A DNA stretch of 32,923 nucleotides. Source: Calditrichota bacterium. GTDB lineage: Bacteria > Zixibacteria > MSB-5A5 > GN15 > FEB-12. Location of the stretch: assembly GCA_008501655.1 (NCBI GenBank), contig QQUK01000150.1:1-32923 (forward strand). Direction: 5' to 3'. The notes under the pieces are model-generated. The model saw only the letters and a list, made by a program, of their open reading frames with translations, made no database searches and was not told where the DNA came from. The position numbers were made by a program, and so were the translations under genes. Shown piece after piece: positions 1 through 9,120 of the stretch; the first letter of the stretch is position 1; the number at the start of each line of letters is the position of its first letter.

Positions 1-717
1 AGCATAGGTTTTCCGAATATAATGATTTACATAGACTGTTAAACCATAATCTCCGAGAGCTTCGAACGCATCTTCATCTGTTAAATCATCGCCCAGATAA
101 GCAATTGCTGCATTTGACACGTCATTTTCAGCTAAGATTTTTTTTACTGCATTCCCTTTATTGACAGATGATAATTTAAACTCAATACCTCCGTCAAAGT
201 TATGCATCTCCATTCCAAGAGATTTGATTTCCGGATTCCATCTTGTTTCAATAGCTGATTTCATTTCTTCAATTTCAGCAGTGGGCTTCCCTCGCCAATG
301 AAAAGCACAGCTTAATGATTTTGATTCAAAATGTGTTTGGTAAGAATTATCAACAGCCCATTTTTTTACTTCTGAAATAAATTCTTTACTATCATCACCT
401 GCTAAAAGTGTATATCCCTCAGTCTCAGAAAAATATTCACCCCCATGCGAACCATACAACTCCGGATATCTGTCAAGTGGAAGTAATTTTTTCAGCATTG
501 CAATATCTCTACCGGAGACAATGATAATTTTTGAAGATGTTAGCTCTATTAATTTTACTAATCTCTCAGGAACTCCTTCATACGGCAGAGCATTTTCTCT
601 GTCGATAGTGAAAGGTGCAAGTGTCCCGTCATAATCAAGCATCAGGATACTGTTATCTGATTCTTTGAGATTTGAAAAAAATGAATCTATCGATATGTTC
701 TGATTTAACAGCTGCAT
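1..717 (-). CDS. otsB: Trehalose-phosphatase (OtsB-type HAD phosphatase); C-terminus runs off the left window edge
   Basis: Absent from the ORF track because it is open to the window edge. My translation from ATG at 717 gives MQLLNQNISIDSFFSNLKESDNSILMLDYDGTLAPFTIDRENALPYEGVPERLVKLIELTSSKIIIVSGRD...AYLGDDLTDEDAFEALGDYGLTVYV. DYDGTL (HAD motif I), SGR (motif II) and GDDxTDEDAF are the trehalose-phosphatase signature. The start lies 10 nt after the treT stop. Confidence 0.8.
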   Translation of the reverse strand, partial: MQLLNQNISIDSFFSNLKESDNSILMLDYDGTLAPFTIDRENALPYEGVPERLVKLIELTSSKIIIVSGRDIAMLKKLLPLDRYPELYGSHGGEYFSETEGYTLLAGDDSKEFISEVKKWAVDNSYQTHFESKSLSCAFHWRGKPTAEIEEMKSAIETRWNPEIKSLGMEMHNFDGGIEFKLSSVNKGNAVKKILAENDVSNAAIAYLGDDLTDEDAFEALGDYGLTVYVNHYIRKTYA

Positions 718-727
718 TGGTTATAAA

Positions 728-1966
728 TTAACCGGCTATAAGATGATTTGCAAGTCCTTTACGAAGACCTAACATCAAAGTCAGATATTCCCGCAGCTGG
801 CGGTTACAGAGATAGTTTTCTTTAACAAACTCTTTTGCTGTATTTCCGATAGTGTACATCAAGTCAGGATTTGAGAGAAGTCTTCGGATACGAAGTGCAG
901 CACCTTCCGGTGTATCGACTAAAAATCCGGTATGATGATTATGTACCTGAAGACGAATACCTCCGGTATTACCGCCGATAACCGGTTTGTTTTTCCAGAG
1001 TGCTTCGGTTACCGTCAGTCCAAAACCTTCCTGTAAGGATTTTTGAATGACAATCGCTGAGGCACGCTGGAGAGCGTTGATTATTCTATGCGCATCGGGA
1101 GGAAGCATCAGAATATGAATATCCGGATTACCGTTGGCAGCTTCCTTAACTTCTTCGAGAACCGCGGCACCTTCAGGATCATCGGTTGCACCGCCGCCTG
1201 CTAATACAAGTTGTGCATTAAACGCACCATTCAACAGGTTAAATGCTTCAATAACACCGATGGGGTCTTTGAACCGGTCAAATCGCGAAATCTGAGTAAG
1301 TATCGGTCGATTCGGATCGATATTAAAATTCGACAGTGTATCTAAAATCTCCTGTTCGGACAGATCAATATTTTTATCCGACAAAGGATCAATTGACGGA
1401 GCGATAATAAACTGTGGATGATCCAGACGCTGGGCATAATCTGGCATAGAAAAAATTGAGGCATCGTAATCATTTACTTTTGATCGCAGATAATTCCATA
1501 CCTGACGATTCGGATGGGAAGCGTCTATATGACAACGCCAGATCCATTTACCTTTTTTCTCCGGTACTAATTGATGTAAGTACGCTGGTTGGGGGTCATG
1601 GATAACTACAATATCAGCATCAGCAAGTTTTTCACGCAGGCGTTCGGCATTTTCCTCAACTGTATCCTCGTATGCTTTTATCATCTTTTCAGAAAGGATG
1701 ACTTTATTTCCCTGCAAGCCGTTGTGAAAAGTTTTTGTCGTATTAAAATAATCGGCATTACCATTCAGAACTTCCCATGATGCATCCATCCCAAGTTCGT
1801 TCATCAGCGGAATCATCCAGAAAAGGATTTCAGCAACTCCACCGCCTTCTTTAGTCGAATTGACGTGTACGACCGATGCACCTTTGAGATCGCGGGCGAC
1901 CTGACGAAGTTTCGAAGTCGCAACCGTGCCGATTATTGATTCATAATTTTGTAATGTTTTTTCCAT
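728..1966 (-). CDS. treT: TreT-type trehalose synthase (GT4 glycosyltransferase)
   Basis: Blocks HVNSTKEGGGVAEIL, TKTFHNGLQGN, HDPQPA, WRCHIDASHPN, APSIDPLSDKN, TQISRFDRFKD, DDPEG and QRASAIVIQKSLQEGFGLTVTEALWKNKPVIGG match my recollection of archaeal/bacterial TreT proteins along the whole length. Confidence 0.72.
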   Translation of the reverse strand: MEKTLQNYESIIGTVATSKLRQVARDLKGASVVHVNSTKEGGGVAEILFWMIPLMNELGMDASWEVLNGNADYFNTTKTFHNGLQGNKVILSEKMIKAYEDTVEENAERLREKLADADIVVIHDPQPAYLHQLVPEKKGKWIWRCHIDASHPNRQVWNYLRSKVNDYDASIFSMPDYAQRLDHPQFIIAPSIDPLSDKNIDLSEQEILDTLSNFNIDPNRPILTQISRFDRFKDPIGVIEAFNLLNGAFNAQLVLAGGGATDDPEGAAVLEEVKEAANGNPDIHILMLPPDAHRIINALQRASAIVIQKSLQEGFGLTVTEALWKNKPVIGGNTGGIRLQVHNHHTGFLVDTPEGAALRIRRLLSNPDLMYTIGNTAKEFVKENYLCNRQLREYLTLMLGLRKGLANHLIAG

Positions 1967-2636
1967 ATTGATAATTTTTCATAAAATTCGATGTTATAGC
2001 TGTCAGTGTACTGCGGAGTTCCGCAAGGGTCATAAAGTAAAAATCTATCATTCGCAACGATGCAACGAGGTCCTCTACATCTTCACCGGTCTCTAAAAGC
2101 CAGGCGGTAAAATCATCTGCGTGTGAATCAGTTCTCCGGCGGGCTTCAACAAAATGATAATATATTGAACCAAGAGAGAATTCAGACATTTTAGTGCAGA
2201 GATCTCCGGCTGATTCCAGAACTATACCAGTATCAAAAACAACTGTCGCTGCCTGCATGAACTGAAACGCTCTTCCTTTCGGTGCCCAGGGGATATGATC
2301 GATTTCCCCAAGCCGCTCCTGAAGAATATCTATAAGCTGCTGGCGAAGTTCATCAAAAGATTCAGTTTTATACGGATTGATAAGCGAAAGCCGTTCGGCA
2401 AGTTTTTTATCCCGAAGCTCAGCTCCTGCCCATAAAGCAAAATCATTAGTATATTCAGGATAATCAAAAGTCGGTCGTATGACCGTTTCACAAAAATGAT
2501 GAAAGAGTGATTCATCCGGGCAGTTTTTCACCCGTTCTTCAAGTTCTCTCAGATTGAGAGCTTCTCTAACTCCTGCCATTCTTGTTATTAATGTACAATC
2601 TTTAACTGCAAATCCCATATATGTAGAGTCGGACAA
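1941..2636 (-). CDS. Conserved hypothetical protein; first gene of the treT-otsB operon
   Basis: 231-aa ORF with no credible competitor. It overlaps the treT start by 26 nt, which suggests translational coupling. I can assign no catalytic motif. Confidence 0.6.
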   Translation of the reverse strand: MSDSTYMGFAVKDCTLITRMAGVREALNLRELEERVKNCPDESLFHHFCETVIRPTFDYPEYTNDFALWAGAELRDKKLAERLSLINPYKTESFDELRQQLIDILQERLGEIDHIPWAPKGRAFQFMQAATVVFDTGIVLESAGDLCTKMSEFSLGSIYYHFVEARRRTDSHADDFTAWLLETGEDVEDLVASLRMIDFYFMTLAELRSTLTAITSNFMKNYQYGKNITKL

Positions 2637-2789
2637 TTTTCTTTTTCCTTAAATTATAAGCATTTCCTGTTATTTTTACACATAAACGGGTTTTTCTTTC
2701 CCTGTTTTTATCCCTTACATCATATAACATATATAGTTAGGGTCAAGCTATTTTGCTGATAATTACTAAATTTAGTCCATTATTACTAA

Positions 2790-2978
2790 TTAAAGGATGA
2801 ATTGTCAAAACGGCATGCTGATTTGACAATTAAAAGTCAGTTTGAGCGACAGTTTACATTGCCTGATTCGGTAAAAACTGAAAATATAAACGCTTAATAC
2901 AAAAACGGTATTCTGACAATCGAACTTGAGAAAAAAGAAGAAGTCAAACCGAAACAGATTGATGTAAAAATTAAATAA
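2790..2978 (+). pseudogene. Relic of a small heat-shock protein (Hsp20/alpha-crystallin) C-terminus with an in-frame TAA
   Basis: My translation gives ...DELSKRHADLTIKSQFERQFTLPDSVKTENINA*YKNGILTIELEKKEEVKPKQIDVKIK*. F.R.F.LP..V....I.A.Y.NG(V/I)L.I.L.K is the conserved Hsp20 C-terminal pattern. The in-frame stop is at 2895-2897. There is no start codon and no N-terminal half upstream (stop at 2787-2789). Confidence 0.5.
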
Positions 2979-3121
2979 CTCTACAGGTATCTCATACCAA
3001 TTACTTCAAGTAAGGATCAGGTTCAATACCCGTTCTTTTTTATTATTTTTCTCTGATGATAGGAACAATAAATGAGGAGAAAAGTTATACTGTTAATTAA
3101 CAAATATTAAAAGGAGAAACA

Positions 3122-3994
3122 ATGAGTCAAAACATTCTCATTACAGGTTCAAGCTCCGGCTTTGGACTCTTATCTGCACAAACACTACTTGAAAAAGGTC
3201 ATACGGTAATTGCAACCATGCGTGACCCGGAAAGTCGAAACAAAGAATTTTCTAATCAGTTGAAAGCTAAAGGTGCTCATATAATCAGTATTGATGTCAC
3301 CGATGATTCATCTGTAGAAAAGGGAGTGAAAGATGCGCTCGCTGCAGTCGGTCATATTGATGTTCTTGTAAATAATGCCGGTGTAGGTGTAAGTGGATTA
3401 CAGGAATCATTTACGATTGATGACTGGAAAAATCTTTTTGACATCAATGTTTTTGGTGTTCAGCGAATGAACCGAGCGATCCTTCCACATATGCGTGAAC
3501 GAAAATCCGGACTTCTTATACATGTCTCGTCATTGTTAGGAAGGTTCGTTTTACCTTTCTTTGGACCATACAATGCATCAAAATATGCACTTGAAGCAAT
3601 GGCTGATAACTACCGTGTTGAGCTTTCTGCATTTGGTATCGAATCAGTACTTGTTGAGCCGGGTGGTTTTGGTACAGATTTCACTGCACGTATCTTAAAA
3701 CCTGCCGATGCTATGCGATCACAATCTTATGGTGAACTTGCAAACGGCCCTGAACAACAGATTGCTGCTTTTGAAAAAAACTATGCTGGTGAAAATGCAC
3801 CTAACCCACAAATGGTTGCCGATGCAATCTTTTCCGTAATAGAAGAACAACCCGGGAAGCGACCATTCAGAACAGTAGTCGATGGTCTCGGAATGGGTGA
3901 CCCGATTAAACAGTATAATGAAGCTGCCGACAAAATGACGAATGGAATCTATAACGCATTCGGTATGGCAGATATGCTAAAAATACAGAAATAA
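3122..3994 (+). CDS. SDR-family NAD(P)-dependent oxidoreductase
   Basis: TGSSSGFG (TGxxxGxG), NNAG and the catalytic YNASK (YxxxK). An AAGGAG RBS sits just upstream of the ATG. Confidence 0.9.
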   Translation: MSQNILITGSSSGFGLLSAQTLLEKGHTVIATMRDPESRNKEFSNQLKAKGAHIISIDVTDDSSVEKGVKDALAAVGHIDVLVNNAGVGVSGLQESFTIDDWKNLFDINVFGVQRMNRAILPHMRERKSGLLIHVSSLLGRFVLPFFGPYNASKYALEAMADNYRVELSAFGIESVLVEPGGFGTDFTARILKPADAMRSQSYGELANGPEQQIAAFEKNYAGENAPNPQMVADAIFSVIEEQPGKRPFRTVVDGLGMGDPIKQYNEAADKMTNGIYNAFGMADMLKIQK

Positions 3995-4018
3995 CGCCCT
4001 GCTAGCGTATAGATAGTT

Positions 4019-4049
4019 AAAGGACAGGTATAATCCCTGTCCTTTTTTG
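4019..4049 (+). terminator. Rho-independent terminator of the SDR gene
   Basis: AGGACAGG (4021-4028) pairs perfectly with CCTGTCCT (4036-4043) across a 7-nt loop, followed by a T6 run. Confidence 0.7.
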
Positions 4050-4351
4050 TTTAGTTGTACCTGTTCAACAGCTTACACCCTATTAGCTGTCACCCTTCTC
4101 AGATAAGTATCTTTTATCTTTTTTTTTACTATTTATGAAAATAACAGTAGGTTTTGAATTTATAACCGATATATTTAAATGTAAATGTAATTTGAGTTCA
4201 ACTTTCTCGTAGCCTTGTTCTGTATTCACAACCTCCGATAAAAGCTTAATCTCGAATTTCCGGCGCAATCAGGCGCACAAAACTTTATCCGGAATACCGG
4301 TGATATCTATCAAAGGTATGTTTGGGATAAGCAATTATTAAGGAGCATAGA

Positions 4352-4645
4352 ATGAAAATCTATGTAGGCAATATGTCATTTGACACAACTGAAGATCAGC
4401 TGCGCGAACAGTTCGGCAGTTTTGGTGAAGTAACTTCTGTAAGTATTATTACAGACAAATATGACGGTAGACCAAAAGGTTTTGGTTTTATCGAAATGGC
4501 ACAGAAAAGTGAAGCTATTGAAGCTATTACCGCATTAAACGGTAAAGAAGTCAATGGCCGCACACTTAACGTGAACGAAGCCAAACCACGTACAGACAAT
4601 AACAATCGTCGTGGTGGTGGAAACAACTTCCGTCGTAATTACTAA
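4352..4645 (+). CDS. RRM-type RNA-binding protein with an N/R/G-rich tail
   Basis: RNP2 IYVGNM, RNP1 KGFGFIEM and a C-terminal NNNRRGGGNNFRRNY tail. An AAGGAG RBS lies 6 nt upstream of the ATG. Confidence 0.9.
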   Translation: MKIYVGNMSFDTTEDQLREQFGSFGEVTSVSIITDKYDGRPKGFGFIEMAQKSEAIEAITALNGKEVNGRTLNVNEAKPRTDNNNRRGGGNNFRRNY

Positions 4646-4675
4646 TTTGATATTTTAGATTATTAGTATATAAAG

Positions 4676-4708
4676 AAAACCGGTGCGCTTATGCGAGCCG
4701 GTTTTTTT
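4676..4708. terminator. Bidirectional hairpin terminator between the convergent RBP and kinase genes
   Basis: AAAACCGGTGCGC / GCGAGCCGGTTTT stem with one mismatch and one G-U pair, and a 4-nt loop. It is flanked by an A-run on the left and a T7 run on the right, so it can terminate both strands. Confidence 0.6.
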
Positions 4709-6944
4709 ATTCAGTAAAACCGATCTTTTTCAAAAGAACCGGCCAACGAGGATCGGAGTGAAGATTTTTAAAATAAAAAGCAACCTTTAGCTGTGGAAGT
4801 CCGGCGTCTCTATCACGGTAGGCACGTTCTAACCACTTAAAAGATTTATCCACTTCATTTCTTTCTCCATATATCATAGCTAACTGAAACGCCCATGCAT
4901 CAGCATTCGGCATGTTTAACATAGTCTCAACAGCAGCATCTGATTCCTTTTTGTTTCCCAATCCAAAGTATGATATAGCTAAAGCCTGCAGACGATGCCC
5001 TTCAGATTCTTCAAGCTTTGCATATTTTAAAGACTCTTCATATTTCCCCTGAATATACAATATCCCACTGATCCATGTATATATTCCAGCCATTCCCTGA
5101 CTTAATTTTAATGCTTTGTGAAAAGCTTCAAGAGATTCATCAAACTTATTTACAATAGTATAAAACCTCCCTATGCTCATATATACTTCCGGGTTTAAAG
5201 GATCCAGTTCCTCTGCCTTCGCCAGTAATTTCTCAGCTTCTGCAGACTCCCCAAGCATTCCTTTAAACGCACCGACGCTACTGACTATCCGACAATCATT
5301 CGGAGCTAATTCAAGCGCTTTTTTCATAGCAACATTCGCTTCATCAAAATGATATTCAAGTGATAACCGAATCCAACCGAGAACTTCGTATGCATCTGCT
5401 AACTGATTATCAAACTCCAGTGCTTTCATAACAGCTTTTTTTGCATTTCGATATGTTGTTTCGTGGTCATCAAAACCATAAGCACATTGGACAAAATAAA
5501 CTCGTCCCAAACCTGCCCAGGCTTTTGCATTTTCAGAATCTATTTTAATCGCCTGTTCGTACAACGATATTGCTTCATTCATTGTGGATACAGTCCAGGA
5601 ATAACTTAATTGCTGTGCTTTAAGGGTCAGTTCATAGCTTTCAGGTGAAGTCGGTTCAATAATCTTTGATTTACCAAGTAGTGTCACATGCATCTCTTCA
5701 GCAACAGCTGCAGCGATTTCATCCTGAACGGCAAAAATATCTTCAATTACCCGGTCGTAGGTATCCGACCAGAGATGGAAACCGTCGGTTGTTTTCACAA
5801 GCTGGGCGGTTATGCGTACCCGATTGCCGGATTTGCGAACCGAGCCTTCCAAGATTGTTGACACACCAAGTTTACTTCCGATTCCTCTTAAATCTTCCTG
5901 TTTCCCTTTGAATGCAAACGATGATGTCCGACCGGTGACTTTAAGTTCCGGGATTTTTGCAAGAACATTTAACAACTCTTCTGTAAGACCGTCAGCAAAA
6001 AACTCATTTTCCGGATCGGTTGACATATTTGCAAAAGGAAGTACCGCAATTGATGGGCTTTCATCTGTTATTGTCTTTTTATTTTTTGTCTGCATGGCAA
6101 CAGCACGCAATGCCTTGGAAAGTTCCTGAGCTGATTGAAATCTCTCTGTTTTCTGTTTATGCAGACATTTTTCGACGATCTCCTGCAAGGCATACGGTAT
6201 TTCTGAATTATATGTCTGCACCGAATCCGGTTTTTTATGTAAAACATTCTGAAGAGTAGCGGCATCATTTGAATCTTTGAAAGGTGCTTTCCCGGATATC
6301 AATTCATACATCACCACACCGAAAGAAAAGATGTCAGACCGATGATCAACCTCTTTCCCCTCAGCCTGCTCCGGCGACATATAGGCAAATGTTCCAAGTG
6401 TAGAGCCTGCTTTCGTTAGCTCTTCGGTTCCCTGGATGGTTGCCAGACCAAAATCTAATATTTTTGCTCGGAACTCATCGTTTACTATAATATTAACCGA
6501 TTTTATATCCCGGTGAGTTATTCCGCTCTTGTGTGCTTTTGCAAGTCCGTCCGCAACCTGAATCATCAGATCAACAATTTTATCTAAAGATAGTTTTTCT
6601 TCATAACAATAATGATGGAATGTATTTCCGCTGATATACTGCATAGCAATAAATGGACGTTGCTCATGTTCGGAAACTTCAAAAATTGTAACTATATTGG
6701 GATGTTCAAGTTTCGCTGCTGCCTGCGCCTCGCGGGTGAACCTGAGACGGAGTTCTTCGTTTGCTGCCAGATGGTTCGGCATAAACTTTAAAGCAACCTT
6801 ACGGTTCAGCTTTGTATCATCAGCAAGATATACCTCGCCCATCCCGCCGGCACCGATCTTTTTTTCGATTCGATAGTGAGCAATCATCGTACCTTTGGTC
6901 AATGGTACATGCATCTGTGTGTTATCGTCTTCAAATTCTGACAT
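4707..6944 (-). CDS. Hanks-type Ser/Thr protein kinase fused to a TolB-N-like module and TPR repeats
   Basis: GAGGMGEVY P-loop, VALK, HRDIKSVN catalytic loop, DFGLA and SPEQ. These are followed by SIAVLPFANMS...FADGLTEELL (TolB-N-like/COG5616-type block) and TPR-like repeats to the C-terminus. Confidence 0.9.
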   Translation of the reverse strand: MSEFEDDNTQMHVPLTKGTMIAHYRIEKKIGAGGMGEVYLADDTKLNRKVALKFMPNHLAANEELRLRFTREAQAAAKLEHPNIVTIFEVSEHEQRPFIAMQYISGNTFHHYCYEEKLSLDKIVDLMIQVADGLAKAHKSGITHRDIKSVNIIVNDEFRAKILDFGLATIQGTEELTKAGSTLGTFAYMSPEQAEGKEVDHRSDIFSFGVVMYELISGKAPFKDSNDAATLQNVLHKKPDSVQTYNSEIPYALQEIVEKCLHKQKTERFQSAQELSKALRAVAMQTKNKKTITDESPSIAVLPFANMSTDPENEFFADGLTEELLNVLAKIPELKVTGRTSSFAFKGKQEDLRGIGSKLGVSTILEGSVRKSGNRVRITAQLVKTTDGFHLWSDTYDRVIEDIFAVQDEIAAAVAEEMHVTLLGKSKIIEPTSPESYELTLKAQQLSYSWTVSTMNEAISLYEQAIKIDSENAKAWAGLGRVYFVQCAYGFDDHETTYRNAKKAVMKALEFDNQLADAYEVLGWIRLSLEYHFDEANVAMKKALELAPNDCRIVSSVGAFKGMLGESAEAEKLLAKAEELDPLNPEVYMSIGRFYTIVNKFDESLEAFHKALKLSQGMAGIYTWISGILYIQGKYEESLKYAKLEESEGHRLQALAISYFGLGNKKESDAAVETMLNMPNADAWAFQLAMIYGERNEVDKSFKWLERAYRDRDAGLPQLKVAFYFKNLHSDPRWPVLLKKIGFTE

Positions 6945-7060
6945 AGAAATATATATATTATCCCTTTATTATTCCAGTAGATGTTAATATAACAGCTATA
7001 ACGCAATTGCCAACAATAAAATTGACCAAATATACCTATATTAAATGATTATCTCTTCAG

Positions 7061-7960
7061 TTACTTTTTTCTTGTGAAAATTGTCATAAAGATTCCACCA
7101 AGAATCAGGATAGATGCAATTATCAGACGGTTTGTTACCTGCTCACCTAAAAAGACTATACCTCCGACAGCAGCCAGAACCGGTACGGCGAGTTGCGAGA
7201 TTGATGCCTGGGTTGTGGTGATATTTTTAAGGGAAATGTACCAGAGAACATAACCGATACCTGAGGCAAGGGCACCCGATATTCCAGCAAGCAAGATACC
7301 GGAAAGATTAAAAGACTCTGAGTCTAAATCTACTGGATTTATAAAAATAACTATAAGGAGTATTATCACCATTGGCAGCGTGTACAGAAAGTTACGGGAT
7401 GTTGCCAAAATTGATTCGGTTACTTTCTGTCCTAAGAGAGAATAGACTGCCCAGCAGATTCCGGAACCGGCCATCAATAATGTTCCCTGTAATGGTGGAG
7501 CTGAAATTCCCGGTAACAAGAGATAAATCAAACCGACAAATGAGATTAAAAATCCTGTTAGTTCTATAAAGCTGACTCTGTTTCCCTGAAACATTGAAAC
7601 CGCCATCATTGTAATCTGTACTGTCGGAAATAATACAAGTGCTCCAATGGCTGCATCAAGCTGAACATATGCATAAGAAAAGAAAATTGCATATCCAAAC
7701 AGCATCAACGGCTGCCAGAAATTCTCAATTTTGATTGAAAGAAGTCTATGATCCTGCTGTTTTGTCCCGATGATTGTTCCATGAAGACGCTTTTGAAAAA
7801 GAATCAACGGAAGCAGCATAAGCATCCCTGAAGCTAATCGGATCGATGTAAAAAGTCCGGGGCTGATGGCATCAGTTGCCAGAGCAAGTCTGCAAAATAT
7901 TGAATTCGATGCAAAAAAGATCATTGTTAAAATTAGTGTGAGAAATGATGAGAGACGCAT
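7061..7960 (-). CDS. DMT-superfamily (EamA-type) transporter
   Basis: 299 aa with about ten hydrophobic helices arranged as two EamA-like halves. Confidence 0.8.
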   Translation of the reverse strand: MRLSSFLTLILTMIFFASNSIFCRLALATDAISPGLFTSIRLASGMLMLLPLILFQKRLHGTIIGTKQQDHRLLSIKIENFWQPLMLFGYAIFFSYAYVQLDAAIGALVLFPTVQITMMAVSMFQGNRVSFIELTGFLISFVGLIYLLLPGISAPPLQGTLLMAGSGICWAVYSLLGQKVTESILATSRNFLYTLPMVIILLIVIFINPVDLDSESFNLSGILLAGISGALASGIGYVLWYISLKNITTTQASISQLAVPVLAAVGGIVFLGEQVTNRLIIASILILGGIFMTIFTRKK

Positions 7961-8010
7961 AAACTATAATACGCATTCAATGGAAAACTAACCAACAAAA
8001 AATACTATAC

Positions 8011-9120
8011 CTATCCTGATTTTTCACTCACTAACAGCATACAGCGGTAGACTTCCTGACCATACCGGGTCATTTTCAGGAAATCATTTTTTTTTATTTT
8101 TATATTTTTTGCTTTAGCTTTCGATCTATAAGATTCAATATCTGTATCATGAATAAACAGATGTTCCAAATCAAACCCTGTGACAATAACCCAATGAGGA
8201 ACTTTGCTTCCGGTCAGCCGGTAAGTACTTATCATCACGATAGGGATTTTGTTCTGATATAAAGCTGAGATTATCTCTTCAATCCCGAACTCGTAAAACG
8301 CACAGCCTAATCCTTTTTCTTTTGCTTTTTGCTTCATATCATTATGAACAATCCGCATAACTTCTTTTTTCTCCGGACGCCTGACCGACTTTAACAGAGG
8401 TGTTGCATCCATAGACATTACCATAAAAACATCAAGATCCCGTTTTAATGCTGAAAGTGCAAGACCATACCCATCGGTCCCGCCGAAACCGGATGTCATA
8501 AAAATCAACGTCGATTCTTTCCATAATGCAAGCTCAAGAGCCCGGTTAAATTCTATCTCTTTTTCGAAATATTTAAGAGCCATCATCAGACAGGCAGGAC
8601 CGCAAGTGAATTCAAGACTTTGAGGAAAGTAAGGGATTGGAAGCATTACCTTCAGGGGTAGATTATTTACAAGATCTTTCGACATCTTGATACCATATTC
8701 ACCTTTTCCGTAATAATCTTTCAGTCGACGCACAGAAGTATAGCCATGGTTTTTATAAAATTCCACAGCATGATGATTCCCTTCCCGAACTTCAAGAACA
8801 ATTTTGTCACATCCCCGTCTGATTGCCTCACGTTCACACTCTTTTAATAAAATGTTCCCGAAACCTTTTCCCTGAAATACCGGGTCTACACCGATATTAT
8901 ATAAACGTGCATTTTTATTCGATTTCCGCCAGACAAGAGATGCCGATGCTGCAGCTTCCGATTTATATTCCAAAAGCAGATTTGTTGCACGGGAGTCCGT
9001 CAAAAGATATGAAATCTGATCTTCACTGAATTGATCTTTGGTAAATGCGGCCTGTTCAATTTTTAACAAAGCAGCAAGATCATGTTCCGTAGCAAGACGT
9101 ATTGTAGTTTTACTTTTCAT
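8011..9120 (-). CDS. GNAT N-acetyltransferase fused to a C39-like papain-fold cysteine peptidase domain
   Basis: The N-terminal half has GNAT motif A (VDPVFQGKGFGNILL) and a RimI-like layout. The C-terminal half has CGPACLMM (nucleophile Cys), PHWVIVTG (His) and IHDTD (Asp). It overlaps the ATP-grasp gene stop by 11 nt. Confidence 0.75.
   Translation of the reverse strand: MKSKTTIRLATEHDLAALLKIEQAAFTKDQFSEDQISYLLTDSRATNLLLEYKSEAAASASLVWRKSNKNARLYNIGVDPVFQGKGFGNILLKECEREAIRRGCDKIVLEVREGNHHAVEFYKNHGYTSVRRLKDYYGKGEYGIKMSKDLVNNLPLKVMLPIPYFPQSLEFTCGPACLMMALKYFEKEIEFNRALELALWKESTLIFMTSGFGGTDGYGLALSALKRDLDVFMVMSMDATPLLKSVRRPEKKEVMRIVHNDMKQKAKEKGLGCAFYEFGIEEIISALYQNKIPIVMISTYRLTGSKVPHWVIVTGFDLEHLFIHDTDIESYRSKAKAKNIKIKKNDFLKMTRYGQEVYRCMLLVSEKSG

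Noticed and set aside
4100-4135. Weak AGATAA/TTATCT hairpin followed by a T9 run as a second terminator
   Set aside because: The stem is 6 bp and all-AT-rich, placed after an already strong terminator. It is not distinguishable from background.
4083-4268. 61-aa minus-strand ORF in the gap between the SDR terminator and the RBP gene
   Set aside because: It has a TTG start, no RBS, Lys/Ile-rich low-complexity composition typical of AT-rich non-coding DNA, and no motif. The region is more likely the promoter and long 5' UTR of the RRM protein gene.
5666-6268. Four 66-105-aa ORFs on either strand inside the Ser/Thr kinase gene
   Set aside because: All are nested in a 745-aa gene with unambiguous kinase motifs. 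Their translations are compositionally odd (Arg/Ser/Leu/Pro-rich), as expected for off-frame or antisense reads.
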